Sequence record: NC_041869.1
Strand: one strand, 5' to 3'
DNA: 64,000 nucleotides
Origin: Escherichia phage APECc02
Below, piece by piece: positions 19,197-29,483 of the stretch (its first letter is position 1; the number at the start of each line of letters is the position of its first letter). Made by a program: the position numbers and the translations under genes. The notes under the pieces are model-generated. The model did not search any database and was not told the origin of the DNA. It saw nothing but the letters and a program-made list of their open reading frames with translations.

Positions 19197-19670
19197 TTAG
19201 TCAACCTGAACCCAACCACCTGCTGCCTTTTTAAACATTCTTTGGTTATCACTACCTCTGAAGGGTTTTTTGGTTGGGTTATCTTTTTCGTACTTACCAT
19301 CCATAATGTAATCGACACTATCTTTAATGTAATCGGGAACCTCTTCAAACAAATACCCTGTGTACACCCAGATAGTTTTTGTGTTGCCGAAGTGTTCACG
19401 GATAGCGCTAATGATCGAGTACATACCCTCAATATTGTAAGGCGCTAAAGGTTCGCCACCGCATAATGTAACGCCAGTAATGTGTTTCGGCTCTATAGAG
19501 TGAAGTATACTCTCAATAGTGTCATTTGTTAACGGTTCCCCTTTAGCTGGTGACCAAACACTTTTGTTTTGGCAACCGACGCAGTGATGTGGGCAACCAG
19601 AACAGAACACCGTTGTCCTAATGCCTGGGCCGTCAACCATGCTACACTCTATAATATTAACAACATTCAT
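19197..19670 (-). CDS. nrdG: anaerobic ribonucleotide reductase activating protein (radical SAM)
   Basis: CSGCPHHCVGCQN cysteine motif; adjacent to nrdD. Confidence 0.85.
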   Translation of the reverse strand: MNVVNIIECSMVDGPGIRTTVFCSGCPHHCVGCQNKSVWSPAKGEPLTNDTIESILHSIEPKHITGVTLCGGEPLAPYNIEGMYSIISAIREHFGNTKTIWVYTGYLFEEVPDYIKDSVDYIMDGKYEKDNPTKKPFRGSDNQRMFKKAAGGWVQVD

Positions 19671-19903
19671 TCCTTATCCTCTTTTAGGTAAGGATATTCA
19701 GGCCCACAATAAGCTCTATCCAAGAAAACAGCTTCTTCCCCTCTGGAATCAGTAGATCTATAATACCCATCACCATGGTAACTAACGAACCAGTGGCACC
19801 CATCATCGCTTTCTACTGTTGTGGCTCTGTCCGAATGAAAGATAATTTCGTAATCCTTACCGAATGTAAACCATCTGTTAGCTTTTACACAGACACCTAT
19901 CAT
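19667..19903 (-). CDS. hypothetical protein
   Basis: ORF overlapping nrdG start by 4 nt. Confidence 0.45.
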   Translation of the reverse strand: MIGVCVKANRWFTFGKDYEIIFHSDRATTVESDDGCHWFVSYHGDGYYRSTDSRGEEAVFLDRAYCGPEYPYLKEDKE

Positions 19904-20054
19904 AAGGAACCTCTCTTCTGTGGTGTGCTTCTATTCAAGATAAACCTATAAAAGTCCATTTGATGAAGCCGTATAACTTTTTATACTTACGCTTCAGTGC
20001 TAACAATTTTATCTTGATTTTCTTGATAGATTCCCGCATTTCGACCCCTTATGC

Positions 20055-20171
20055 TTATAAGTACTCCGCATCGCATTCAGGGCAATGCCAAATAAAATCG
20101 TCCAGTGCCTTGCACCAACGAAGATTGCAACGACAACCACACTTGCAAATTTTATAAATACCTTTAGACAT
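20055..20171 (-). CDS. possible 38-aa Cys-rich zinc-ribbon peptide
   Basis: AGGGGGGG RBS; C-x-C-x-C...C-x2-C pattern; below track cutoff. Confidence 0.3.
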   Translation of the reverse strand: MSKGIYKICKCGCRCNLRWCKALDDFIWHCPECDAEYL

Positions 20172-20235
20172 ACTGTACCCCCCTAGCTCACTGTGTGTCA
20201 ATAATATGCCACATCCTTGTGGCTTTTGTCAAGTA

Positions 20236-22359
20236 TCAGCAACTACAACTTCCATAGTGCTTAACTCGCTCGATAACTTCCGCTTGCTTACCTTTATTGT
20301 AAGGACGGGAGTTAGGACTGGAAAGGTATCCAGACACACGTCGAATTACACTGATCGTTCCCTCTTCATGGTTTCCACACTCTGGGCATACAAAGCCTTT
20401 AGCTGTTGCACTGAACTCACCAGAGAAACCACACTTGAGACATTTATCCACAGGTTGGTTAATACCAAAATACATAATATGTTTATACCCGAAGTCAACA
20501 AGAGCCTCTAAAGCATCCAGGTTGTTTTTCAGGTTAGGTGTCTCTACGTATCCAATGTTGCCACCAGAGGAGATCATAGCAAAACCTTCCTCATACTCCC
20601 ACTTATCAAAAGGAGAGCTATTTATCCACACTGGCTGATGGAAACTGTTGGTGAGATATTCATGCTCGTGCTTTAACACTTCTGGATATTCACGATCCAG
20701 ACAGGTTGCAGCTTTATAGCATAGACTCTCAGAAGGAGTGCCGTACAAGCTAAATGCTAGTCTACTTTCCTTCTTGTATCGCTCACAAGCATCTCTCATG
20801 TGCTGAAGGATTCCAAGAGCTAAAGCCTTGTCACCTTCTCTGCCCAAAATCTGACAGGTTTCATACACACCAATATACCCAATACTGATGGAAGCGTACC
20901 CGTCATAGAAGAGTTTATCAATACTTTCTTCGGGATCCAGGCGAGCAAGAGCGCCTTCACACCACATGATGGGGTTCTGCCCTGCCTTTGTTCCTTTTAG
21001 ACGGTTAACCCTTACAAGGTGAGCCTCGTATGCAAGATCCAAGTATTCGTCAAGAACTGCAAAGAAATCAACACCTTCCGTCTTAGCTTTTGCCGCAATC
21101 ATTGGCAGGTTAAGGCTAACAACGCCTAAGTTAAATCTGCCAAGGTATTTCTCCTCGCCTGTTTCCAAGTCATTGTATTTACTAAGAAAACTCCTGCAAC
21201 CCATGCTAGTTACTTTGCCATCTGTCGAGCCTGTCACTTTTCTATTTAGTGGTACAGATACGAAGTCAGGATAGATACGTTCTGCACAGCATTCCAGAGC
21301 TAATCGTTTCAAATCATAGTTAGGATCCCCAGGGTTCATGTTGACACCCTCTTCCAGGAAGAACAGCACTTTAGGGAACACAGGTGTGATACGTTCTTCA
21401 CCAAGACCCATTTTGTGGACTTTCAAGTAGTTTTTGGTAATCATTCTACCAAAGACCGAGGTATCTAGTCCTAAACTTAATGTGATGAATGGAGTTTGCC
21501 CGTTGACAGAGGTTAACGTATTGATTTGATAGAGCAAAGTCTGCATGCTGTCAAATACATCTTTATCTGTCATTTGCATTGCAACAGTTTCAGCATCCGG
21601 CAACCAATGTTCCTGGCAAAATTTAAGGTTCTTCTCATAGGTTGCTTCAGCATACTGTGCCAGATAATGATCAATATGGCTCATAGTCTGACCACCATAT
21701 TGAGCACTAGCTACCGCGCTAGAGATTTGACTAAGGATTGTTGTTGCAACCCCTATTGACTTCGGCTTACTGACATGGGCGTTGCCAATGTTGAATCCGT
21801 TTTCCAACATATCTGGATAATTTACCAAACAACAGTTTGTTAACGGGCTGATCAAGTAGTCAAGATCATGCACATGGATGAAGCCTTTATTGTGCTCTTC
21901 TGAAACACGGTCTGGCAGGATCTGTGTTGATGCAAGGTGTTTGCTAAGGATGCCTGCAAGCAGGTCACGATGAGTGTGTACATGATTAGTGGGCTTATTT
22001 GCGTTTTCTTTTGTAAATTCATCACAAGTTCGATCCAAGAAGCCACTAATATCTGCAAGCAGTTTTCCACCTGCCTCTCTGTTATTATCTCTTGTCTGTC
22101 TATACTGGATGTATTCTCTGGCTGCACATTTTAAACCCATATCCATAAGAGCATCTTCAACAAGGATATGGATATTTTTTACAGAGATCGTGCACTGGTC
22201 GGTTGGCAGATTGTTAGCAACAACTTCATTAACCGCACAAGCGATCCGGTAAGCTTCTTCTTCAGTATGCCCAGACTCAAGTAAGGCGGACTCTGCCGCC
22301 TTGATCACCTTAATTCCGTTATAGAACTCTTCTCTACCGTCCCGTTTTACAACTTTCAC
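20236..22359 (-). CDS. nrdD: anaerobic ribonucleoside-triphosphate reductase
   Basis: 707 aa, C-terminal glycyl-radical-like RVSGY and Cys-rich zinc site. Confidence 0.85.
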   Translation of the reverse strand: MKVVKRDGREEFYNGIKVIKAAESALLESGHTEEEAYRIACAVNEVVANNLPTDQCTISVKNIHILVEDALMDMGLKCAAREYIQYRQTRDNNREAGGKLLADISGFLDRTCDEFTKENANKPTNHVHTHRDLLAGILSKHLASTQILPDRVSEEHNKGFIHVHDLDYLISPLTNCCLVNYPDMLENGFNIGNAHVSKPKSIGVATTILSQISSAVASAQYGGQTMSHIDHYLAQYAEATYEKNLKFCQEHWLPDAETVAMQMTDKDVFDSMQTLLYQINTLTSVNGQTPFITLSLGLDTSVFGRMITKNYLKVHKMGLGEERITPVFPKVLFFLEEGVNMNPGDPNYDLKRLALECCAERIYPDFVSVPLNRKVTGSTDGKVTSMGCRSFLSKYNDLETGEEKYLGRFNLGVVSLNLPMIAAKAKTEGVDFFAVLDEYLDLAYEAHLVRVNRLKGTKAGQNPIMWCEGALARLDPEESIDKLFYDGYASISIGYIGVYETCQILGREGDKALALGILQHMRDACERYKKESRLAFSLYGTPSESLCYKAATCLDREYPEVLKHEHEYLTNSFHQPVWINSSPFDKWEYEEGFAMISSGGNIGYVETPNLKNNLDALEALVDFGYKHIMYFGINQPVDKCLKCGFSGEFSATAKGFVCPECGNHEEGTISVIRRVSGYLSSPNSRPYNKGKQAEVIERVKHYGSCSC

Positions 22360-22634
22360 TTTTTCTCTCCAAAACCATTCTTAACAAAAGAGATGAAATC
22401 GTCGGCACCGCCTATATGGATACTGTCAAGATTGCTTTCTAAGAAGATTTGCGGCAACGTTCTGGGGACAATTGGACTACACTTCTCAATAAGCTCTTCT
22501 TTTGTGTAGCCCTCGCCAAGTGTCTTATATACAAAAGGCAGACCTTTGCTGATTGCAAATTCTTTTGCTCTGACACAATGTGGGCAGTTATCCTTACCGT
22601 AAATGATGATGAAAAAAGATTTTTCGCAGCTCAT
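22356..22634 (-). CDS. glutaredoxin / NrdH-like redoxin
   Basis: CPHC active site in thioredoxin-fold context, between nrdD and nrdB. Confidence 0.75.
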   Translation of the reverse strand: MSCEKSFFIIIYGKDNCPHCVRAKEFAISKGLPFVYKTLGEGYTKEELIEKCSPIVPRTLPQIFLESNLDSIHIGGADDFISFVKNGFGEKK

Positions 22635-22637
22635 ATA

Positions 22638-23726
22638 TTAAAACTCCCAAATTTCTTCTTCAGCGTCGTTAACAGTTGTGTTGACGCGGTAGTCAGTGTT
22701 CGACATTTCTTGGTTCGCCGTCTGTTGCAATGAAGGTTTCATCCACACCTGCATAAACGGTAGCGGGTCCTTTGCTGGCGGCACAAAGTCTTTGTCGATG
22801 TCGTAGTAATCATAAATTGGTGAGCAGTTATAGTCAACCCACTCTTTAAGCAACGGTGAGTTAAGACCTATAATCGCTCTTCCTTCGCTGAAAATATAGT
22901 CACTCCAACCGTACTCTTTGGTTCGTACTTCATCAAGAATCTCTTTTAACTCCCCCTTTATCTCAAGGAAGCTTTTCTCCCATGCGGGATCATTAAGCAG
23001 GATATCAATGATGGCAAAATCACCTTTCGAATGTAGCATTTCGTCAAGCATGATTTTTTGAACAAGCTGCGCCACCTGAACAAAGATACCCTGTTCAGCT
23101 ACTGCGAAAGTGCATGCAAAACTTGCAATAAACTCAATACTTTCCAGAGCTAAAAGTGCAAAAAGCGCTCTAAGAATGCATTTCCGCACAACATCTTCTT
23201 CAACACTAGAAGGATCCAGTCGGTATTTTGCACCAATAACCTCTAGCTCTTGCATGTATTTGACAATAACACCGGATCTGCTCAGAACGTTTTGGTTTTC
23301 CTGAATCTCTTCTATAATCTCACGGGCATTGGGGAGGCATTGTCTAACAATCTCTGAGTAAGTTAGTGCGTGAAGAACTTCAATCTCCGACTGTTTCATC
23401 AATAGAGTGAAAAGCTCACTATTAGTGATGAACGGTGAAAAGAGGCAGATGATCGATCTTGCCGCAACGCTATCAGCCTCCCATTGCCACATCAAGGTCT
23501 GTACCATCACGTCATAAGTTGACTTTGAGCATGTTACAAAATCTGAAATAGATTGCGACAAATCCACTTCATCCTCTGCCCAATCTTGTTCTTTTTGTTT
23601 TTTGTATAGTTCAAACAGTTGTGGATATTTTTTGTTGATAGAGTCGTACATACCCATTTGCTGTCCTAAAAACAGCGGATAGTCACCAGTTTTATGAGCG
23701 GTGTTCTCAGCATTAAATACAGCCAT
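22638..23726 (-). CDS. nrdB: ribonucleotide reductase class Ia beta subunit
   Basis: 362 aa, di-iron ferritin-like composition; operon position next to nrdA. Confidence 0.8.
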   Translation of the reverse strand: MAVFNAENTAHKTGDYPLFLGQQMGMYDSINKKYPQLFELYKKQKEQDWAEDEVDLSQSISDFVTCSKSTYDVMVQTLMWQWEADSVAARSIICLFSPFITNSELFTLLMKQSEIEVLHALTYSEIVRQCLPNAREIIEEIQENQNVLSRSGVIVKYMQELEVIGAKYRLDPSSVEEDVVRKCILRALFALLALESIEFIASFACTFAVAEQGIFVQVAQLVQKIMLDEMLHSKGDFAIIDILLNDPAWEKSFLEIKGELKEILDEVRTKEYGWSDYIFSEGRAIIGLNSPLLKEWVDYNCSPIYDYYDIDKDFVPPAKDPLPFMQVWMKPSLQQTANQEMSNTDYRVNTTVNDAEEEIWEF

Positions 23727-23740
23727 TATTCTAACCTCTA

Positions 23741-23758
23741 AAATGGGGCCGAAGCCCC
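23741..23758 (-). terminator. intercistronic hairpin GGGGC-CGAA-GCCCC
   Basis: stem-loop between nrdA and nrdB. Confidence 0.35.
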
Positions 23759-23765
23759 TTTAAAA

Positions 23766-26081
23766 TTATAGTGCACAACTTTCGCAATACGGATCTTCAA
23801 CTGAACTATCTGCAATCAAAGGATAGTTCTTTCTGGTTTCATCTTCAGCCTGTTTCTTGGCATGAAGTTCCTCTGCCAAGGAGTCACCAGCACCAACCCT
23901 AGAGTTTAAATAATACCATGTCTTCATCCCGAATTTAGTGGCACGGATAAGGTACCCTAGCTGCTCCTTCATTGAAATTTTACCATCTTTCAACTTGGTG
24001 TAGTCTATGTATAAATCCGCGCTGATTGCCTGACCTGTGAATTTTTGAATCACGGCATACATATCGATCATGTCGTTAGTATCAACGTCCCAAGCCGAAG
24101 TGTAATACTCTTTCAACTCATCATAGTCAGGAACGATAAACAGCACCTGCCCTTGTGGCGACTTTTTAAAGATAATGTGCTCACGGACAGGATAAACCCC
24201 GTTAGTGGTGTTTGTTGCCAGCGAAGAGCTTTCATTAGGCATATATGCTTCAAGAACGCTATTACGTAGCCCACCATTCTCAATGATTTCTTTACGTAAC
24301 CCTTCCCAATCCTGTTTAAGAGAAGGATCTTTCACCACGCTATCGACCTCTTTGTTATAGGTGTCGATTGGTAACCAACCTTCTGGATATTTTGTTTTAT
24401 GCATCCACTCGCAGACACCACGCTCTTTTGCCAACCGTAAACTTGCCTTATGCAAGCTGTAGCTGTGAAGTTCTGCAAGATCGTGAACGAGCTGTTTACT
24501 TTCAGGAGACCCGTAAGTAACCTTGTGGCTGGCAATAAAATGTGCAACATTGGTAAGGCCAACCCCGATGGATCTGCGTTTTTTAACTGTGCTTTCCATA
24601 TTTTCATACGGATATGTCATGATTTCCATAACATTGTCAATCATAAGCACCGTATAGTATGCAACATCCTCATACTCCTCTGGAGTAACCCTCCCAGCTA
24701 CAAGAGATGACAGGAAGCACAATGCAACCTCTCCATCATCAGCATCGTACTTGAAGATATTACGCATATCTGAATAGCCTTTTGTCGGGAGGGCTATTTC
24801 TGCACACAGGTTGCTTGAATAGATCACATCTTTAAAAGGTGTATGTCTATTCATCTCATCTGTCCAGTATACGTACAGCCTTCCCACCTCAGTGCGCTGC
24901 GTGATCAGTTCAACAGCAAGATCTCTAGCTCGGATCCATGTTTTAGGAATACTGTCATCTTTAGCAATACGATCAACCTCTGCATCAAACTCCTCCATAG
25001 ACATGGTGAAGATACCCTCATGCAGTTGAGGCGCGTGCTTATAAGAAACAAGCATCCAATCTAAATTCTTAGCCACACGGTTGATAAACGACCTATTAAT
25101 ACCGATGGAGTAGTCCATGGTGTTGATTCTTTTTGAAGCAACAGTCATAGGGTTTCTCAAACGGATTAGCTCATCAATCTGCGGGTCCAGTGCAAGGAAT
25201 GATACTGTTGCAGAACCACCACGTGATTGTTGTCTGTTCTCCTTAACCCCAGCATCAATACCTCGATAATATGGAATCTTACCCATGTGTTTAATAGTGT
25301 TACCACGAACACCATCGCCTGCAGATCTTGAGGATAAGTAGTAGCCGATACCTGCTTGATTAACCGTCATTGTGTACGCAACTTCACGTGCCACACCAAT
25401 AGATTTTGCTGTATCGTCAGCTTTTATTACACAACAAGATGCATACCCTGTCTTACCTGTGCGCAGCCCGTTTAAGTACGGTGTCGGGGCATTGATCTTT
25501 AAGTCGGACAGATACGTGTATAATTTTACAACATCGTTGATACGACGTTCTTTCGGCATATTCTTCATGACAGCCATTGCTATCCCCATAAACATCATCT
25601 GGGGAGATTCAAACAAGGTGTCTTTAAGAGTATCCTTGATCCCATATTTGTCGCGAAACTGTTTAAGGACTGCATAGCCATAACCGAGATCTTTACTGTG
25701 GTCAATAACAGCGTCTAAAGTGTTTAGCTCGGTAAAGCTATAGCCCATATCCTCCCAATACCCTTTCTCAACCATGGTATTGTAAAATGATGGTAAGGAA
25801 GGGATCTTTGTAAACCCTCCAAAAGCCTCTTTATAAATCTGACCAATAAGAACACGACCAGCCATACGGGAATGTGCTTCGTCTTTACGGCTAACACAGG
25901 AGTCTATGATAGCTTGGTTAACTTCTTTGGTTGTACATCCATCATACAGTCGTTTGTATGCATCCAGTGCAATGTGTGACCAATTGCCGTTACCGTCGTC
26001 ACCGAAAATAGCTGCCTTATTTAAACGTTCTGGATCGAATGCCACTTCACATCCGTTGCTTTTAATTACCTTGGTGATCAA
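23766..26081 (-). CDS. nrdA: ribonucleotide reductase class Ia alpha subunit
   Basis: 771 aa, N-terminal ATP-cone-like region, C-terminal CESC-like tail. Confidence 0.85.
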   Translation of the reverse strand: MITKVIKSNGCEVAFDPERLNKAAIFGDDGNGNWSHIALDAYKRLYDGCTTKEVNQAIIDSCVSRKDEAHSRMAGRVLIGQIYKEAFGGFTKIPSLPSFYNTMVEKGYWEDMGYSFTELNTLDAVIDHSKDLGYGYAVLKQFRDKYGIKDTLKDTLFESPQMMFMGIAMAVMKNMPKERRINDVVKLYTYLSDLKINAPTPYLNGLRTGKTGYASCCVIKADDTAKSIGVAREVAYTMTVNQAGIGYYLSSRSAGDGVRGNTIKHMGKIPYYRGIDAGVKENRQQSRGGSATVSFLALDPQIDELIRLRNPMTVASKRINTMDYSIGINRSFINRVAKNLDWMLVSYKHAPQLHEGIFTMSMEEFDAEVDRIAKDDSIPKTWIRARDLAVELITQRTEVGRLYVYWTDEMNRHTPFKDVIYSSNLCAEIALPTKGYSDMRNIFKYDADDGEVALCFLSSLVAGRVTPEEYEDVAYYTVLMIDNVMEIMTYPYENMESTVKKRRSIGVGLTNVAHFIASHKVTYGSPESKQLVHDLAELHSYSLHKASLRLAKERGVCEWMHKTKYPEGWLPIDTYNKEVDSVVKDPSLKQDWEGLRKEIIENGGLRNSVLEAYMPNESSSLATNTTNGVYPVREHIIFKKSPQGQVLFIVPDYDELKEYYTSAWDVDTNDMIDMYAVIQKFTGQAISADLYIDYTKLKDGKISMKEQLGYLIRATKFGMKTWYYLNSRVGAGDSLAEELHAKKQAEDETRKNYPLIADSSVEDPYCESCAL

Positions 26082-26386
26082 TTTGCTTCCTCCACTTCAT
26101 TAACGTATTTATCAAGGCAGGTATCAGTATCTTGCTGGATAAAGGTATCCTCTTCTACAGAGATATTTATAATTTTACCTGTATACTCGTCATAATAAAC
26201 ATCATCATACATTTTAATATCGTTTGTCAGGCCGTTGAACCAAAGCCAACCAACATATTCTGCCCGACTTGCAAAACCAAGATCCTTCCACTTGGAGTTA
26301 TGACTCATCTTCACCACCTTAGCTTTCAATACCGAATAATTTTTCCAGGCGATGCAGATCTTCAAAATTGAAAGGTTCATCAACAA
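26078..26386 (-). CDS. hypothetical protein
   Basis: ORF co-oriented; start may be downstream of track start. Confidence 0.45.
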   Translation of the reverse strand: MLMNLSILKICIAWKNYSVLKAKVVKMSHNSKWKDLGFASRAEYVGWLWFNGLTNDIKMYDDVYYDEYTGKIINISVEEDTFIQQDTDTCLDKYVNEVEEAN

Positions 26387-26819
26387 TATGAATATCTTCA
26401 GCCTTTTCAGATTGTTTTGTATACTTTCTTACATTAACACGATCCTCTACGGGGATATCATACGGGAGATCTTGAACAAGCATTGCCTCACCAGGTGCTT
26501 TATCTACATCTAAAATATCTACACCGTTATACATTTGTGGGTATCTAAAGTCTGCACGCATGACACCAGCAAATACATCTGCCTTTCGATAATGTGTTGG
26601 CTTATTTTTGCATCGAACGTTTTTTCCACGAAGAACATCAATACTTTTTAAATCAAACCCTACGGCAAAGAGTGCAGCTCGGAGACCGTTTCGTGTGCGA
26701 ACGTTAAACCCGGGGACGGTAGATAGAAAATCTAAAGTAACTGAAATAAATGTCTTTTTAGGAATCATAACATTACTCATATCTGTCTCCATTTCTGGCT
26801 CACCAACAAAGTGAGCCAT
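26319..26819 (-). CDS. hypothetical protein
   Basis: ORF; promoter at 26821-26849 suggests a later Met as true start. Confidence 0.45.
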   Translation of the reverse strand: MAHFVGEPEMETDMSNVMIPKKTFISVTLDFLSTVPGFNVRTRNGLRAALFAVGFDLKSIDVLRGKNVRCKNKPTHYRKADVFAGVMRADFRYPQMYNGVDILDVDKAPGEAMLVQDLPYDIPVEDRVNVRKYTKQSEKAEDIHIVDEPFNFEDLHRLEKLFGIES

Positions 26820-26820
26820 T

Positions 26821-26849
26821 ATTATAGATTATCTAATACTATTAGTCAA
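26821..26849 (-). promoter_or_regulatory. sigma70-type promoter on minus strand (TTGACT-N17-TATAAT)
   Basis: plus-strand ATTATA 26821-26826 and AGTCAA 26844-26849. Confidence 0.55.
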
Positions 26850-26878
26850 CACAAAAGTTACCTATCGCTGTGATAGGA

Positions 26879-27862
26879 TTAACCTTTCACGAAGTGGTTA
26901 TTAAGCAGTTGTCTGTGCTGAACCCACCCACAAAAGTTGGCAGACCAGAATTTACCATCACGGTCTTGATGGGTTACACCTTCCTGCCAAGTACTGATGT
27001 CTTGTGTGATTTCACATGAAGACAGGTAGTAGTTTAAACGTTCCATTGCGTTATCGTGATCCATAGGTGTTGCCTGGTGCTCGTAAGGGCTTGCATGAAT
27101 ACGATCCCCACCAATCAATTTTTTAGCCACACTATCTGCCTTTTCAAACGTGCTGTCAATATTTCGATAAGATACTTGTGCACAGCAACTAGCACTGATA
27201 GACAGAGCTTCTTTAGTATCGAGAATGCAGAGCTTTCCTTCTGTGTCACGTACAGCGTAGTTAAACTCTCCGTCCAAATAAACGTGCTCTACATATGGGG
27301 TGTGCCATTGACCCGGTTTAAGGATTTCAGGAGTGCTATTCTCAAGAGCCTCCCACATACAACTAGCTAACATCTGAATCGTAGGATCCGCATCGTGCCA
27401 GCAACGGAGGTGGAAAAAATTATTCCACTCGGTGCTTGTTACAACTGTTTTCATGCGCTGGAACGGCTCCACTAAGCGGTTACATACTTGCTTATGGTAA
27501 CCAGCAAGGGCGAACTTCTCTGCATGCCAAGCGGCGTTTTTTGCAGCTTCTTTCCAAAACTCTTCAGGAGTTAGCTCCATGTCAGTGTACTCTACACGGA
27601 TCTTTTGATCGTGTTCCCCACCATCTTCCATTCCTCGCTTATTTACACCGAAGCGAACTGGCATTGCCGGATTCTCCACAATCTGTTGCAGCATCTTGCC
27701 GACAGGTACTGCACGGGAAGACATGGCGTTTCGGCTGAACACTCGGTGCGTCATAAGCTCTGAGTGAATAATTCGAGGATACTCTAGTTCAAAAGTGGTG
27801 ATACGCTTACCTTTCTCGGAAATGCTGTCAGCAATAATCTTTGCAGTGCACAGTTTTAGCAT
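26879..27862 (-). CDS. thyX: ThyX (Thy1) family flavin-dependent thymidylate synthase-like protein
   Basis: THRVFSRNAMSSR aligns with the ThyX RHR-x7-S signature, first Arg replaced by Thr. Confidence 0.55.
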   Translation of the reverse strand: MLKLCTAKIIADSISEKGKRITTFELEYPRIIHSELMTHRVFSRNAMSSRAVPVGKMLQQIVENPAMPVRFGVNKRGMEDGGEHDQKIRVEYTDMELTPEEFWKEAAKNAAWHAEKFALAGYHKQVCNRLVEPFQRMKTVVTSTEWNNFFHLRCWHDADPTIQMLASCMWEALENSTPEILKPGQWHTPYVEHVYLDGEFNYAVRDTEGKLCILDTKEALSISASCCAQVSYRNIDSTFEKADSVAKKLIGGDRIHASPYEHQATPMDHDNAMERLNYYLSSCEITQDISTWQEGVTHQDRDGKFWSANFCGWVQHRQLLNNHFVKG

Positions 27863-28062
27863 TATTTAGCTCTCCTTGTTTTAATTTTGGAAATTTCGTC
27901 TGGGTTTATGTTGGCCTTAAATGCAAGGTATCTGTTGAACATGTCAGAGCACATATCTTGGGTGATCCTAGAGGCATACACTAGCTTACCTCCTAGATCA
28001 TACACCTCTAGCCAGTCACCGTATCTGACTACAGGATCGCCACCTTTAGAACATCTGCCCAT
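27862..28062 (-). CDS. hypothetical small protein
   Basis: ORF co-oriented. Confidence 0.4.
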   Translation of the reverse strand: MGRCSKGGDPVVRYGDWLEVYDLGGKLVYASRITQDMCSDMFNRYLAFKANINPDEISKIKTRRAK

Positions 28063-28063
28063 T

Positions 28064-28657
28064 TCAAATACCTTCTAAAAATTTTCCTATTTTATACCAG
28101 CTATTAGCGGTATAGTCAACACTGACCTTTAACTCCTCGAATTGCTCATAAGGCGTATCTTTTAGGATTTTAATAACTTCAGGTCGTGAAGCGAATTGGT
28201 TCAGGTATTCATGCCTGTCATCAATTATAACATCTACAGCCACATTTCCTTTGAAATGTGTGGCGTAGAATCCGTGGCCCTGGGTGTGATCGTCCAGATC
28301 CATAAAATCACTGGTCCAACGCTTTAAGAACCTTGATTTAGATGCAAGGTGACCTTTCTTGCATACCGAGATAAATGCAAGCTTGTGACCACGAGCCACC
28401 AAATCTTTCATAACCTCAATAGCCCCCTCTTCAGGCTTAAGGAAGTCGTAGAGGAACGGATCACTCCAGAAATCAAAAGGTCCTATGATGTTTTCTTTGG
28501 GACGATCAGGCCAATACTTTGACAGATCGTAATACATTAGCCCATTAGAAGGTTTAGCTACTGTCTTACTGGCTGGACCATACAAACGCTCCAACCACTC
28601 CCACCATGCTGTTCCTGAATCTACCAGTGTCAGATCTACATCAATTCCGATTAACAT
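28064..28657 (-). CDS. HAD-superfamily hydrolase, deoxyribonucleotidase-like
   Basis: N-terminal DxDxT motif IDVDLT. Confidence 0.55.
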   Translation of the reverse strand: MLIGIDVDLTLVDSGTAWWEWLERLYGPASKTVAKPSNGLMYYDLSKYWPDRPKENIIGPFDFWSDPFLYDFLKPEEGAIEVMKDLVARGHKLAFISVCKKGHLASKSRFLKRWTSDFMDLDDHTQGHGFYATHFKGNVAVDVIIDDRHEYLNQFASRPEVIKILKDTPYEQFEELKVSVDYTANSWYKIGKFLEGI

Positions 28658-29265
28658 TCTTCTTGGGCCTCTTTAGCATCAATATACTTGCACACAATCT
28701 CCGATGCACACTCCCAAGGTGCACCTTCAGGGTTTACAACATCAAACTCAACCCCTTTTATTCCGTTCTTTTCCAGACTTAGATAGGTTCTGGAATCATT
28801 TCCCCAGTCATATCCTACACGGTGAATACGGAACAACAACAGATCTCCACCTGTGCTGTATGCGTACTCGCTAAGGCATGCCAGCTCCTCTTTGAATCCC
28901 CCATCGGAGTAAACAATAACCCCTTTACCTTCAGGGAAATCTTTCTTCAAAGATGCGACTGCGGCTTTACCGAAAGCATCTTCACCAAAGATAGGTTTAA
29001 TCAGATTTTCACTACAATGGATCATCCATTCTCGCGGAGAAACATGCTTGCCGTCTATCATTAAGAAAGGGCAAGGCTCTTCTTTGTAGTGACGGTCATA
29101 AAGTGCATTCCAGAGTTGAGGAGTTACACCAGCTGCCTTAATTGCCACACTGAAGAGCATTTCCTTAACCTCGCGGTGGTGTGAGTTAGGAATAGCTTCC
29201 AACAAGAGATCTGCAATGTGATCCTTACCACTGCTGGGTGGGGCGTTAAGAACAATAATATCCAT
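28651..29265 (-). CDS. deoxynucleoside monophosphate kinase-like (T4 gp1-like)
   Basis: N-terminus IIVLNAPPSSGKDHIADLL resembles T4 dNMP kinase. Confidence 0.55.
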   Translation of the reverse strand: MDIIVLNAPPSSGKDHIADLLLEAIPNSHHREVKEMLFSVAIKAAGVTPQLWNALYDRHYKEEPCPFLMIDGKHVSPREWMIHCSENLIKPIFGEDAFGKAAVASLKKDFPEGKGVIVYSDGGFKEELACLSEYAYSTGGDLLLFRIHRVGYDWGNDSRTYLSLEKNGIKGVEFDVVNPEGAPWECASEIVCKYIDAKEAQEEC

Positions 29266-29468
29266 TAAAAACCTCCGTGGTATTCTTCAACTGCATCAAT
29301 AATACTTTTACACTTATCTACCAGCTCGTTAGCCACTACAGAATCGTCTTCCCAAACAGCCTCCTCAATCTGATCAAGCAATGATCGCATCTTACTCATC
29401 ATTTCTGGGATAAAGTTTTCTGAAAAGCTGTCTGGAATTGTTAACTCTAGTGTCATTTCGGTCTCCAA
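29265..29468 (-). CDS. hypothetical small acidic protein
   Basis: ORF co-oriented. Confidence 0.4.
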   Translation of the reverse strand: METEMTLELTIPDSFSENFIPEMMSKMRSLLDQIEEAVWEDDSVVANELVDKCKSIIDAVEEYHGGF

Positions 29469-29483
29469 TCATACTATGCGTTA

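Noticed and set aside
16729-22252. Numerous plus-strand ORFs inside ClpP-like, PhoH, nrdD, nrdB and nrdA genes
   Set aside because: Antisense to long, motif-supported genes; typical shadow ORFs.
23766-26081. Intein or intron in nrdA
   Set aside because: Reading frame is continuous and length (771 aa) is normal for a class Ia alpha subunit.
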